Assembly (NCBI GenBank): GCA_963555985.3
Contig: OY820591.1
Span: 2,144,001 to 2,208,000, forward strand
Direction: 5' to 3'
Origin: Dehalococcoidia bacterium
GTDB lineage: Bacteria > Chloroflexota > Dehalococcoidia > Bin125
Length of the DNA: 64,000 nt
The notes beneath the pieces were generated by a model, which was not told where the DNA came from, did not search any database, and saw only the letters and a list, made by a program, of their open reading frames with translations. Below, in pieces: positions 18,856 through 29,304 of this stretch (the first letter of the stretch is position 1; every line of letters begins with the position of its first letter). Both the position numbers and the translations under genes were made by a program.

Positions 18856-19277
18856 TCGCACAGGCACCGATCTTCATCGACACGACCTACCTGATTGCGC
18901 GCATGGACGAAGGCGACCAATGGCACGCTGCGTCGACCCGCGCCCGCGCGGTACTTGAGAATCGCCGCATCGTGACCACCGATGGCGTCCTCATCGAATT
19001 CATGGCTGGCGTAGCTCGGCATGGACCGCAGGCTCGAAGCGCAGCGGCGAGGGTAGCCGAAGAACTCAAACGCTCCCCAAACGTCGAAGTGGTCGAACAA
19101 ACCACCGCGCTCATGGCCGCCGGAATCGACGCCTACCGCAATGAATTCCTTTACACCCGCCTCAGCCTCCAGGACTGCATCGCCATCCTCGTCATGCGGG
19201 AACGCGGAATCACCGAAGCGCTGACCGCCGATCAAGAGTTCCTGCGCGCCGGAATCACCCCCTTGATGACCGTCTGA
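18852..19277 (+). CDS. PIN-domain (VapC-like) toxin
   Basis: FIDTTYLIA..DQWH, VLIEF, SLQDC, ALTADQEF. Confidence 0.9.
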   Translation: MIAQAPIFIDTTYLIARMDEGDQWHAASTRARAVLENRRIVTTDGVLIEFMAGVARHGPQARSAAARVAEELKRSPNVEVVEQTTALMAAGIDAYRNEFLYTRLSLQDCIAILVMRERGITEALTADQEFLRAGITPLMTV

Positions 19278-19286
19278 TCATCCCTG

Positions 19287-20030
19287 CTAGGCAGACCCAC
19301 GCAACACAATCCGGGAACTGCCCACGTCAATCTGCTTCACCGCCAACGAGATCCGGTTGTCCTCATTCAGCGCCTGCCAGTAATCGTCTGCCGCCTCTTC
19401 AGCGGTTTCGGGCAGCGGCAGCCACAACGGATCCCCCGCATACGGCGGCAGCGGATTCCCGTCCGTGCGATACGTGGTAATCCCATAGCCAAACCCAGGC
19501 GGAGGCGGCGCTGGACGCCAAAATGTGCGATCTGTCTGAACCGCATCCGCCGCATTCGCGCGAAGAATCGCCAACTCCAGTCCTGCCGCGCCCTCCAGCT
19601 CGAGCAACCCCGCAATGCGCGGCGTGTAGTTCGGAGCATCATCCTCGCGTTCACGCAGCGCCAGCGCAGCGTCGAAACGCTCACCCCGCGCGAGCGCGTC
19701 AACAATCGTCCGCGTATGGTCGCCGTTGCTCACGACGTACCGGTTCGGTAACTCCAGCATCGCTTCGTAGATGATGTTGGTCGGATCCTCGACCTGCGCC
19801 GGATCCCGAGCCTCGGTACGCAGCGACGCCCCCTCCGCCACAAACCGCCGATTGCGGCTGTTCGCGCTGCGACCCATGATCCAATAGACCTGCACCCAAT
19901 CGCCCGACAGCAGCCGCCCAATCACGATCCCCCGCCCCGGATACGGATTCGCCGCCAGGTGACGCCCAAAATTCTGCTGCGCGCGGACACGCAACTCATC
20001 GAGCTGGGACACGGCCTGGGATTCGGGCAT
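19287..20030 (-). CDS. IMP cyclohydrolase (stand-alone, PurO-like Ntn fold)
   Basis: NPYPGRGIVIG, YWIMGRSANSRNR, VVSNGDHT, EDDAPNYTPRI. Confidence 0.88.
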   Translation of the reverse strand: MPESQAVSQLDELRVRAQQNFGRHLAANPYPGRGIVIGRLLSGDWVQVYWIMGRSANSRNRRFVAEGASLRTEARDPAQVEDPTNIIYEAMLELPNRYVVSNGDHTRTIVDALARGERFDAALALREREDDAPNYTPRIAGLLELEGAAGLELAILRANAADAVQTDRTFWRPAPPPPGFGYGITTYRTDGNPLPPYAGDPLWLPLPETAEEAADDYWQALNEDNRISLAVKQIDVGSSRIVLRGSA

Positions 20031-20092
20031 GGAGCCAGAATACCGGCGGCTGGATCCTCAGTGATCAGCCGGTGTAGGGATAGACTTTGCCT

Positions 20093-22012
20093 ATGCCCGC
20101 ACCCACGACGCAGACCGTCGATCCACTCCTGATCGCCAACCGAGGCGAGATCGCCGGCCGAATCCTGCGCACCTGCCGACGCATGGGAATCAGCGCAGTC
20201 GCGGTCTACTCGGACGCCGATCAAGGGGCATCCCACGTCGCCGCAGCGGACGCAGCAGTGCGAATCGGCCCCGCGCCGGCGACCGCGAGCTACCTCAACG
20301 CAGACGCGGTGATCGACGCCGCCCAAAACTCAGGCGCAGCCGCCATTCACCCCGGCTACGGCTTCCTCTCCGAGCGCGCCGACTTCGCCCGCGCCGTCAC
20401 CGACGCCGGTCTGGTCTGGATCGGCCCGCCCGCCTCCGCGATCGAGGCGCTCGGAGATAAGGTCTCGGCGCGCAAACTTGCAATCGCTGCGGGAGTCGCC
20501 GTCGCCGACGGAATCGACCAAGACGGCGGCGACCAAGCGCTCGCCGATCAGATCGAGACCTTGGGCTATCCGGTGATGATCAAAGCCGCGGCCGGAGGCG
20601 GCGGGCGCGGGATGCGCCTGCTTCGCTCCGGCGCAGATGCCCCCGACGGACTCGCCACCGCCATCGCAGGCGCGCGCCGTGAAGCCCAGGCCGCCTTCGG
20701 CGACGGACGCCTGCTCGTAGAGCGCGCACTCATGTCGGGCCGACACGTCGAAGTCCAAGTCCTCTTCGATCAGCACGGACACGGTATCCACCTCGGCGAG
20801 CGCGACTGCTCCGTCCAGCGCCGCCGCCAGAAAGTGATCGAGGAAGCTCCCTCACCCGCCGTCGACTCCGATCTGCGTGAGCGCTTGGGCAACGCAGCGC
20901 TGGCCGTTTGCCGCGCCGCCGGTTATGTGAACGCCGGCACGGTCGAATTCCTCCTCCAACCCAATCGCGACTTCGTCTTCCTCGAAGTCAACACCCGCCT
21001 CCAGGTCGAGCATCCCGTCACCGAAATGCTGACCGGTCTCGATCTGGTCGAATGGCAGTTGCGGATCGCCGCCGGCGAACAACTCTCATTGACTCAAGAA
21101 GAGCTCGACTGGAACGGCCACGCGCTCGAATTGCGGCTCTACGCAGAAGACCCGGCCCGCGGCTATGTTCCCTCCACCGGCCGCTTGCGCTGGTTCGGCG
21201 CGTTCGACGCACGCGCGCGGCACGACATCGGGCCGGTTGAAGGCGACGCTGTCACGCCCCACTACGACTCCATGCTCGCAAAGACCATCGTCCACGCGCC
21301 CACCCGCGCGGATGCGCTCGAACGCGCCTCGGAGGCGCTTGACGCCTGGGCTGTAGACGGGGTGACCACCAACGCCGCTCAGTTGGCCGCGATCGTGCGC
21401 TCCGAGGACTTTCGCTTCGGCGCGGTGGATGTCGGCTGGCTCGATCGAGCAGAGCTCGAGCCGCTCGAAGCGCCCCGCGACGCTCTAGTCGCAGCCGCCC
21501 TCGGCGACATCGCCAATGGAGGAGCCTGGCGCTCGTCCGGAGACTTCATTCGGCGCTACGGCTGCTACGGAACGCCGCACACCGTCCGCCTCACGCGAGT
21601 ACCCGGCTCCGCCAATCGTTGGACTGCGGTTGTGGACGAGGACGAAGCGGTTGAGGTCGATGGATCGCTGCGCGGCTGGGAAGTGAATGCTTCAGCCAAG
21701 GGCGTCGTCGTCAGCCGGGGAGAGCGACACTGGGTGTTCACACGCGACCAGAGGCGCCGGACAGCCGGCAGCGGACGGCGCAGCAGCGGCGCCAACATCC
21801 TGCGCGCGCCGATGCCCGGCACGGTGATCGCGGTGCTGGTCGCAGAGGGCGAGGAAGTCGAGGCGGGGCAAACCTTGGCGATCATGGAGGCGATGAAGAT
21901 GGAACACCTACTCACCGCGCCCAACGCGGGTGTGGTCAGCGCAGTTCATGTCGCGGCAGGCGCGACCGTGGACGAAGCGCAAACACTGATCGAACTGGGA
22001 CCGTCCGACTGA
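20093..22012 (+). CDS. Biotin carboxylase / biotin carrier subunit of an acyl-CoA carboxylase
   Basis: LLIANRGEIA, HPGYGFLSE, ERDCSVQRRRQK, EVNTRLQVEH, EAMKME. Confidence 0.93.
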   Translation: MPAPTTQTVDPLLIANRGEIAGRILRTCRRMGISAVAVYSDADQGASHVAAADAAVRIGPAPATASYLNADAVIDAAQNSGAAAIHPGYGFLSERADFARAVTDAGLVWIGPPASAIEALGDKVSARKLAIAAGVAVADGIDQDGGDQALADQIETLGYPVMIKAAAGGGGRGMRLLRSGADAPDGLATAIAGARREAQAAFGDGRLLVERALMSGRHVEVQVLFDQHGHGIHLGERDCSVQRRRQKVIEEAPSPAVDSDLRERLGNAALAVCRAAGYVNAGTVEFLLQPNRDFVFLEVNTRLQVEHPVTEMLTGLDLVEWQLRIAAGEQLSLTQEELDWNGHALELRLYAEDPARGYVPSTGRLRWFGAFDARARHDIGPVEGDAVTPHYDSMLAKTIVHAPTRADALERASEALDAWAVDGVTTNAAQLAAIVRSEDFRFGAVDVGWLDRAELEPLEAPRDALVAAALGDIANGGAWRSSGDFIRRYGCYGTPHTVRLTRVPGSANRWTAVVDEDEAVEVDGSLRGWEVNASAKGVVVSRGERHWVFTRDQRRRTAGSGRRSSGANILRAPMPGTVIAVLVAEGEEVEAGQTLAIMEAMKMEHLLTAPNAGVVSAVHVAAGATVDEAQTLIELGPSD

Positions 22013-22035
22013 GCGCGGCTAGAGATGAGTGGTCG

Positions 22036-23436
22036 ATGAACGAGGCGCAAGAGGGGCTGCGAGCACGCCGCGCACGGGTCGCCGACAGCTGGTCGTTTCA
22101 CGACGGCCCCGTCCTGATCTCCGCAGGAGTCCCAATCCCCATCGAAGGCACCGATCAGTTTCACGACTTCCACGCCCACCCCGAGTTTCAATACCTCAGC
22201 GGCATCGCCGAACCTGGCGCAACTCTCGCTTGGGAGCCGGAGCAGGGCTGGACTCTGTTCACTCCCTCCCTGAGCATCGAAGACCTCGTCTGGATGTCCC
22301 CCCCGCCCTCAGCGGAAGTCCAGGCCGAACGAACCGCAATCGCCCAAACCCGTGACTTCTCCAACCTCGCCGCTTGGCTCGCCGAGCGCCGCGGCCGGCC
22401 AATCGCCCTGCTCGGCAACCGCGACATCGAGCGGCGCGGAGCCGAGTACGGCGTCCACAACTGGTCCGCGCTCGAACCAACCGTTGACGAAGACGCCACC
22501 GAGCGCCTCGGACGCGCCCTGGCCGAACGCCGCCGCGCCAAAGACGCGCTCGAACTCGATCGAATGCAGCGAGCCGTGGACGCCGCCTTAGCCGGACACA
22601 TTCGCGCCCAACAGGTCGCCCGAGCCGGTCTCACCGAGCGAGCCGTCCAAATCGAAATGGAAGCCGAATTCTTCCGCCTTGGCGGACAACGCACCGCCTA
22701 CGGCTCCATCGTCGGCTCCGGACCCAACAGCGCCATCCTTCACGGAACACCCGGCAGCCGCGTGCTCTCAGAAGGAGAACTCGTCCTGATCGACGCCGGC
22801 GCAGAAGTCGAGGGCTACGCCTCAGACGTCACCAGAACCTTCCCCGTCGCCGCACAGTTCAGCGGCCTCCAGCGCGACCTCTACAACGTCGTTCTCGCCG
22901 CCCAGAGCGAAGCAATTGAGGCGGCAGCGCCGGGCGTTGAGTACAAACACCTCCACCTCCAAGCCTCAGCCACGATCGCCCAGGGCCTCGCGGACGCCGG
23001 CATCCTGCGCGGAGCGCCGAACGACCTGGTCGACACCGACGCCCATGCGCTGTTCTTCCCCCACGGACTCGGACACATGCTCGGCCTCGCCACTCACGAC
23101 TGCGGCGGCTACCTCGAGGGCCGCGTCCCCGAAGATCGCTTCGGCCTCGCCTATCTCCGCGCCGACTTGCCCCTCGAACCCGGCTACGTTCTTACCATCG
23201 AGCCAGGCATCTACTTCGTTCCCGCCCTCCTCACCGATCCGGCCCGCCGCGAGCGCTACCGCGAGCTGGTCAACTGGGAGATGGTGGACGGCTTGCTCGA
23301 CTTCGGCGGAATCCGGATCGAAGACGACATCCTGATTACGCCTGGAGGCTGCGAAGTGCTGAGCAGGGCGCTGCCCTCCGCAGCCAGCGAGATCGAGGCA
23401 ATCCGGCGCGACGCACTCGGAGCGGGTGATGACTGA
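22036..23436 (+). CDS. pepP: Xaa-Pro aminopeptidase (M24)
   Basis: IDAGAE..YASDVTRT, HGLGHMLGL..HD, TIEPGIY, GGIRIEDD. Confidence 0.92.
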   Translation: MNEAQEGLRARRARVADSWSFHDGPVLISAGVPIPIEGTDQFHDFHAHPEFQYLSGIAEPGATLAWEPEQGWTLFTPSLSIEDLVWMSPPPSAEVQAERTAIAQTRDFSNLAAWLAERRGRPIALLGNRDIERRGAEYGVHNWSALEPTVDEDATERLGRALAERRRAKDALELDRMQRAVDAALAGHIRAQQVARAGLTERAVQIEMEAEFFRLGGQRTAYGSIVGSGPNSAILHGTPGSRVLSEGELVLIDAGAEVEGYASDVTRTFPVAAQFSGLQRDLYNVVLAAQSEAIEAAAPGVEYKHLHLQASATIAQGLADAGILRGAPNDLVDTDAHALFFPHGLGHMLGLATHDCGGYLEGRVPEDRFGLAYLRADLPLEPGYVLTIEPGIYFVPALLTDPARRERYRELVNWEMVDGLLDFGGIRIEDDILITPGGCEVLSRALPSAASEIEAIRRDALGAGDD

Positions 23437-25576
23437 CCAGCCCGCTCGCCTCACCATCTCCGATGTCGCCCGCTACCCCCGCCCGGGTATGTCCGTCCCC
23501 GGCATGGTCGGATTCACCCCCGACAGCCGCCAGCTCAACTGGCTTCACGCCGAAGGCGGCGGTCTGGTTCGTTCGCTCTGGCAGATCGAGCTCGAAACCG
23601 GAGCACGATCTGTGCTCGCCGGTCCCGAACGCGCCGGCGAACCGATCTCGCGCGAAGAAGAACTCCGCCGCGAACGCACCCGCACCCGCGAACTCGGTGT
23701 CCCCGCCTACTACTGGGCGCGAGACGCCTCACCGCCCGTCCTCATGATCTCCGGCCCCATCGTCCGCATCGCCATTGGGGACGAACCGCTGCGCGAACTG
23801 CCCGGGACGGAGGGCGCAGTGGATCCGACGCTGAGCACCGACGGTTCGCGGCTGTCATTCATCCGCGCAGGCAACCTGTTCGTCGTGCCCACAGACGGCT
23901 CAGCCCAGCCAACCCAACTCACCGACGCCGCCGAAGACGGTCTCACCTTCGGACTCGCCGACTACATTGCCCAAGAGGAATTCGGACAACTGCACGGTCA
24001 CTGGTGGAGCCGAGATGGAGGCTGGATCGCCCTCGTTCGCGTCGACAGCCGCGCCATCGCGCCCTACCCCATCGTCCATCAAGGCGCAGCGGATGTGGAC
24101 GTCGAAACTCACCGCTACCCCTTTGCCGGAGACCCCAACGCCGAGGTCGCGCTCGGAGTCATCCCCGCCGAAGGCGGCGACATCCGCTGGCTTCCGCTCC
24201 CGGATGAAGACGGCTATCTCGTCCGAGTCGCCTGGTGGTCAACGCCGGACAACGAGGCCGGTCGCCTGGTCATCCAGTGGCTCGACCGCGAGCAGCGCCG
24301 CCTGCGCCTGCTCGCATTCGACAACTGGGATGACCCAACCCTCCTGATCGACGAACGTCAGCAACCCTGGATCAACATCGCCGACGATGCCCGCGGACTC
24401 TCCGACGGCCGCTTCCTCTGGAGTTCGGAGCGATCCGGCTTCCGCCATCTCTCCATACACGCCGCCGATGGATCACTGGAGCATGAACTGACGTCGGGCA
24501 CCTGGATCGTAGACGGCGTGATCGGCCTGGACGAGACCAACAACCACGTCTACTTCACCAGCACCCGAGACTCGGCGCTCGGCCGTCAAGTCGAGCGCGT
24601 TGCCCTCAACGGCGGCGAGCCGGAACGCCTCAGCCGCACCGGCGGCGTCAGCGGAGGAGCACTGTCCCGCGACGGCCGCTGGCTCGCCCTGCTCGAAAGT
24701 TCGCTCGAATCGCCGCCTTCGATCAGTCTGGTCGATACCCGCGACGGATCACGGCGCACGCTCTACGAATCCAGCCTGACTGCCGAAGCGCTGGGTCTGC
24801 GCCCGCCCGAATTCCGCCGCTTCGCCGCCAACGACGGCACGGCCCTCTACGGAGCGCTCTACCGCCCCGATCCGGCAGTCGAACGACCGCCCCTGCTGGC
24901 CGCAGTCTACGGCGGACCTCACGCCCAAACCGTGCTGGACGCCTGGGCGCTGACCGTCGATCTCCGCGCCCAATATCTTGCTCAGCAGGGCTATCTCGTG
25001 CTCAAACTGGACAACCGCGGCATGGCCGGTCGGGGACTCGCCTTCGAGGGGCATTTGGATCGGCGCATGGGCACTGTAGAGGTCGACGACCAAGCAGCCG
25101 CCGTAGAAGCGCTCGCCGCAACCGGTGAGATCGCCCCCGACCGCGTCGGCGTCTACGGCTGGTCCTACGGCGGCTACATGACCGTCATGTCTATGCTCCG
25201 ACGCCCCGACCTCTTCAAGGTCGGCGTCTCCGGCGCGCCCGTCTCCGATTGGGACGGCTACGACACCGGCTACACCGAGCGCTACATGGGCACCCCCCAG
25301 AACAACGCCGAGGGCTACCGCGAGGGCTCGCTGCTCACTCACGCCGAAAACCTTCGCGGCAAGCTCCTGATCGTTCATGGCGGAGTCGATGAAAACGTCC
25401 ACTTCCGCCACACCGCCCGCCTCATCACTGCCCTCACCCAAACCGACCGCGACTACGATCTCCTCCTCTTCCCCTCCGAACGCCACATGCCCAGAGACCA
25501 AGCCGGCCTCGAATACCAAGAGCGCCGCGTCGCCCGCTACTTCGACCAACACCTCAAACCGGAACCGCCCAGCTAA
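23429..25576 (+). CDS. Dipeptidyl-peptidase IV (S9B)
   Basis: QEEF, YGGP, GWSYGG, DENVH, catalytic His in SERH. Confidence 0.94.
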   Translation: MTDQPARLTISDVARYPRPGMSVPGMVGFTPDSRQLNWLHAEGGGLVRSLWQIELETGARSVLAGPERAGEPISREEELRRERTRTRELGVPAYYWARDASPPVLMISGPIVRIAIGDEPLRELPGTEGAVDPTLSTDGSRLSFIRAGNLFVVPTDGSAQPTQLTDAAEDGLTFGLADYIAQEEFGQLHGHWWSRDGGWIALVRVDSRAIAPYPIVHQGAADVDVETHRYPFAGDPNAEVALGVIPAEGGDIRWLPLPDEDGYLVRVAWWSTPDNEAGRLVIQWLDREQRRLRLLAFDNWDDPTLLIDERQQPWINIADDARGLSDGRFLWSSERSGFRHLSIHAADGSLEHELTSGTWIVDGVIGLDETNNHVYFTSTRDSALGRQVERVALNGGEPERLSRTGGVSGGALSRDGRWLALLESSLESPPSISLVDTRDGSRRTLYESSLTAEALGLRPPEFRRFAANDGTALYGALYRPDPAVERPPLLAAVYGGPHAQTVLDAWALTVDLRAQYLAQQGYLVLKLDNRGMAGRGLAFEGHLDRRMGTVEVDDQAAAVEALAATGEIAPDRVGVYGWSYGGYMTVMSMLRRPDLFKVGVSGAPVSDWDGYDTGYTERYMGTPQNNAEGYREGSLLTHAENLRGKLLIVHGGVDENVHFRHTARLITALTQTDRDYDLLLFPSERHMPRDQAGLEYQERRVARYFDQHLKPEPPS

Positions 25577-25588
25577 ACCAACCAACTC

Positions 25589-25640
25589 CTCTCCCCCCGC
25601 ACTGCGGGGGGAGATGTCACGAAGTGACAGAGGGGGGTCC
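25589..25640. repeat. REP-like double hairpin, direct repeat with 26472-26523
   Basis: CTCTCCCCCCGCACTGCGGGGGGAGATGTCACGAAGTGACAGAGGGGGGTCC. Confidence 0.85.
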
Positions 25641-25682
25641 GACCACTCGCCTACTCCCCAACCACAACTGGAGGCCGCGACC

Positions 25683-26456
25683 ATGCCGATCCCCACCACC
25701 GCCTCCGACGCCGCCCAAATCCTCGGCGTCGGCATCGACGCCGATCACAAGACTATCCGCGACCGCTACCGCCGCCTGGCACGCATCTACCACCCCGACC
25801 AGAACCCCGACGACGATGCCGCCGGCGTGCGAATGCTCGAACTCAACGCCGCCGTCGATCTCCTCCTCGGCGCAGAGACCCCAACCGTCGAACCAATCCT
25901 CGAAGAAGTCCCCACTCGAACCCTCACCCGCCTCGAACAGCGCCGCGAAGCGCGCATCCGCTCCGCGCTGCATCACCTCCCCTACGGCGTCTACGTGATC
26001 GGCACCGCCACTCCCGACGGCGAACCCAACGCAATGGTCGCCGACTGGGTGATGCAGGTCTCCTTCTCTCCCCGCATCATCTGCATCTCGTTCGAGCGCG
26101 ACGCCACCTCCCTCCGCAATCTCCGCGAGACCCGCGAACTCACGGTCAACCTCCTCCCCGAATCCGGCATGGACCTGGCCGCCCGCTTCCTCCAACCCTC
26201 CGACCCCTCCAAAATCCAGGGACGCCGAGCAGACATGGCCGCCCCGGACAAAATGCGCGGCGTCGCCTATCAGCAGTTGGAGAGCGGCGCGCCCGTCCTC
26301 GAAGACTCCCTCATGTGGATCGCCGCCGAAGCCCAGCAGTTCGTCCCCGTCGGAGAACACATCATGGCCCTCTGCCGAGTCTTCGACGGAGACGCGCTAC
26401 CGATCGACGAAGGCCCCCTCACCACCCTCTACACCGGCTGGCACTATGGCGGCTAG
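25683..26456 (+). CDS. J-domain (DnaJ-like) / flavin reductase-like domain fusion
   Basis: ILGV..YRRLARIYHPDQNP..LNAA (HPD intact); then LPYGVYVIG..QVSFSP..TVNLL..GEH..YGG. Confidence 0.85.
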   Translation: MPIPTTASDAAQILGVGIDADHKTIRDRYRRLARIYHPDQNPDDDAAGVRMLELNAAVDLLLGAETPTVEPILEEVPTRTLTRLEQRREARIRSALHHLPYGVYVIGTATPDGEPNAMVADWVMQVSFSPRIICISFERDATSLRNLRETRELTVNLLPESGMDLAARFLQPSDPSKIQGRRADMAAPDKMRGVAYQQLESGAPVLEDSLMWIAAEAQQFVPVGEHIMALCRVFDGDALPIDEGPLTTLYTGWHYGG

Positions 26457-26471
26457 GGACGCCCCCAAAAA

Positions 26472-26523
26472 CTCTCCCCCTGCATCGCGGGGGGAGATGT
26501 CACGAAGTGACAGAGGGAGGTCC
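26472..26523. repeat. REP-like double hairpin
   Basis: CTCTCCCCCTGCATCGCGGGGGGAGATGTCACGAAGTGACAGAGGGAGGTCC. Confidence 0.85.
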
Positions 26524-27879
26524 GCCCGCACACTGATCGCGCGACCGGCACGCCAACACAAGCACAAAGCCGGATGGGCCGCAAACGGCCTTTCTCCCCA
26601 ACCAGCACCTTCGGCAGCATCGCAGCCGCCCCGAGCCGACAGCCGCGAAACGCGCCTCTTCGGCTACCACCTGCGAACGTTCGACTCCTTCCGCGAACCC
26701 GCCTTCACCTGGTTCTTCGTCTCCACGCTGGGGCAGATGTACTCCGCCATCGGCCAGATGTTTGTCCGCTCCTTCCTCGTCTACGAACTCACCGGCTCCT
26801 ACGCCGCGATGGGACTAGTCGCCGTCGCCGGAGCCGTCCCCCAATTCTTGCTCGGACCCTACGGCGGCGTCCTCGCCGACCGCTACGCCAAGAAATCCGT
26901 CACCCTCGTCTTCCAGATCGTCGGTTTCGGCAACACCTTCCTCATCGGCACCCTTGCGCTGCTGGGACTGCTGGAATTCTGGCACCTGCTCGTCTCCGGC
27001 GTCTTCCAGGGCGTCCTCGTCGCCCTCATGGTGCCCGCGCGCCAGGCAATGGTCTCCGAGATCGTCAGCCGCGAACGGATCATGAACGGCGTCGCCCTCA
27101 ACACTGCCGCCATGAACCTGATGCAGTTCACCGCGCCCCTAATCGGCGGAATCCTGCTCGCCACTGCCGGCGCCGGCGTCACCTTCTACGTCATGGCCGG
27201 CTGCTACGCCTTCGCCACACTCACCCTCCTGCCCGTCCCCCGCGTACCCGCCCAAGCCGCCGGCGGTCGCGGCGGACTCGGCGAAGCCCTGCGCGACATC
27301 GCCGACGGCTTCCGCTACATGGCCCGTCAACGCGAACTGCGCCTGATCCTGCTGCTCTCCTTTGGAGTCTCAGCGCTCGGTATGCCCTTCCAGGGGCTCC
27401 TGCCCGGATTCGTTCAAGACGCCTTCAACGCCGACTCCGCTCTGGCCAGCCTCTTCATGTCGTTCTCAGCGATCGGAGCGTTTCTGGCGGCGATGCTGAT
27501 CGCATCCTTGCGCCGCGCCGGACGCGGCAAGCTGCTCTTGGCAATGGGAGCGGTCGTCGGTGCAGCCACAATGGCCATCGCCCTCTCCCCCTGGCTCTGG
27601 CTGAGCCTGCCAATCATGATCTTCATGGGCGTCGGCCAGGCCGGACGCATGACCATGGCCTCAGCCCTAATTCAGGAACTCGCCCAACCCGCCTATCGCG
27701 GCCGCGCCATGTCCGTTCTGATGATGCAGTTCAGTCTCATGCAAGCCGGCGTCTTCATCCTCGGCATCGCCGCCGAACTGGTCGGCATCCGCGCCGCCGT
27801 CAGCGTCGTCTCACTCGTCTTGCTTGCCCTCGTCGCCCTCTTCGCGCTCGGCTCACCCACCATGCGCCGCCTACAGTGA
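26497..27879 (+). CDS. MFS transporter (DHA3/EntS-like); start uncertain
   Basis: GGVLADRY motif A, PARQAMV, RGRAMS, about 12 TM segments. Confidence 0.88.
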   Translation: MSRSDRGRSARTLIARPARQHKHKAGWAANGLSPQPAPSAASQPPRADSRETRLFGYHLRTFDSFREPAFTWFFVSTLGQMYSAIGQMFVRSFLVYELTGSYAAMGLVAVAGAVPQFLLGPYGGVLADRYAKKSVTLVFQIVGFGNTFLIGTLALLGLLEFWHLLVSGVFQGVLVALMVPARQAMVSEIVSRERIMNGVALNTAAMNLMQFTAPLIGGILLATAGAGVTFYVMAGCYAFATLTLLPVPRVPAQAAGGRGGLGEALRDIADGFRYMARQRELRLILLLSFGVSALGMPFQGLLPGFVQDAFNADSALASLFMSFSAIGAFLAAMLIASLRRAGRGKLLLAMGAVVGAATMAIALSPWLWLSLPIMIFMGVGQAGRMTMASALIQELAQPAYRGRAMSVLMMQFSLMQAGVFILGIAAELVGIRAAVSVVSLVLLALVALFALGSPTMRRLQ

Positions 27880-27943
27880 TCCAGCTACCCTCTGTGAGCG
27901 CTCACCCGTCGAACCGGAAGCGATAGCCGAAAGAGAGCGACCG

Positions 27944-28378
27944 ATGATTACCTATCTCGACCACGTCGGCATTGTCGCCCACTCGCTGGAGCAGGCGGGC
28001 GAAGTCTTGGTCGACCAATTGGGACTCCAGTACGACGAAGAGCGCACTCCCTTCCCAGACGGCGGCTACTTCGCCCCCGAACGCACGCAGATCTTCTTCG
28101 TCAAGGTCAATCTCGGTGAAACCAGGATCGAAATCCTCCTCCCCGAAGACGAAATCAGCGGCATCGGCAAGTTTCTCGCCCGCCGCGGCCCCGGCCTGCA
28201 CCACCTCGGCTACGGTTCCACCGACGTCGTCGGCGACACCAAGCTCTTCATGGAACGAGGCCTCCAATACATCGACTTCGGCGGCCCCATCGAAGAGATC
28301 ACCGCCTCCTTCTTCCACCCCAAGACCGCGGGCGGCATCCTCACCGAGATCGTCCCCGATCGGCGTCCCAACCGCTAG
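27944..28378 (+). CDS. VOC family protein (methylmalonyl-CoA epimerase-like)
   Basis: LDHVGI, IEIL, RGPGLHHL, FFHPKTAGGILTE. Confidence 0.85.
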   Translation: MITYLDHVGIVAHSLEQAGEVLVDQLGLQYDEERTPFPDGGYFAPERTQIFFVKVNLGETRIEILLPEDEISGIGKFLARRGPGLHHLGYGSTDVVGDTKLFMERGLQYIDFGGPIEEITASFFHPKTAGGILTEIVPDRRPNR

Positions 28379-28405
28379 CGCGCCGGACTGATTGGCTGCG
28401 CAGCG

Positions 28406-29299
28406 ATGGCGCAGGAACGAACGCCGACCTTGCCCCGTCTCGATCAAGAGCGGCTCGCCCTCGTCCTCAGCGGCGGCGGCAACCTCGGCGTCGTCCAAGC
28501 CCCCTTCCTCGAGTATCTGATCGCGATCGGCGTCACCCCCGACCTGATCGTGGGCACCTCGGTCGGAGCCCTAAACGGCGCCTACCTTGCTTTCCACCCG
28601 CACAACATCGACGGCCTCGGCGATATCTGGCGCGCGCTCCGCGACCGGCGCTTGTGGCACCGCAACATCCTCCGCATCGGCCGCAACCTGATCGGCCAAA
28701 GAATGAGCCTCTACTCCAATCGATTCCTCCATGAACTGATCGCGCCTCACGTCACCGTTGATGAAATCTCGGCCTCGGAAATCCCGCTCTTCATCACCGC
28801 CACCAGCCTCAGCCAAGGACGAAAACACGTCTTCACCCGCGGTCCCGTCGTCGATGCCATCCTCGCTTCCTCCGCGGTCCCAGGCCTCTTCCCACCCGTC
28901 GAGATCGGCGGCGAGTGGTTCGTCGATGCCGGCGTCGCCACCGGCCTCGACCTCGAAACCGCCATCCTCCAGGGCGCTACGCAAATTCTGGCCGTCGATC
29001 TCGGCGCCGACCCTTCTCCCCATCACCCCAGCGGCCTGGTCGATCTGCTCGCCCGCTCCATGGAGATCGCCACCCAACAGCGAACCCAAGCCGAGGTCGA
29101 TCAGTTCGGCAGAGAAGCCCCCACCGTGATCTGGAGACCCGGCCTCAAAGCATCGTCAGGCACGAACTTCGCCGACGTCGATCACCTCTACGAAGCCGCC
29201 AGAGAACTCGCTCCGGCCCTGATCGAACAGTCTCGCAACCCCGACGGCAGCTGGAAAACCGGCATCTACGAAGGCGCCGTCTCCATCCGCCGCGCCTAA
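28406..29299 (+). CDS. Patatin-like phospholipase
   Basis: LVLSGGGNLG, GTSVG, ASSAVPG, VDAG. Confidence 0.92.
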   Translation: MAQERTPTLPRLDQERLALVLSGGGNLGVVQAPFLEYLIAIGVTPDLIVGTSVGALNGAYLAFHPHNIDGLGDIWRALRDRRLWHRNILRIGRNLIGQRMSLYSNRFLHELIAPHVTVDEISASEIPLFITATSLSQGRKHVFTRGPVVDAILASSAVPGLFPPVEIGGEWFVDAGVATGLDLETAILQGATQILAVDLGADPSPHHPSGLVDLLARSMEIATQQRTQAEVDQFGREAPTVIWRPGLKASSGTNFADVDHLYEAARELAPALIEQSRNPDGSWKTGIYEGAVSIRRA

Positions 29300-29304
29300 A
29301 CCAA

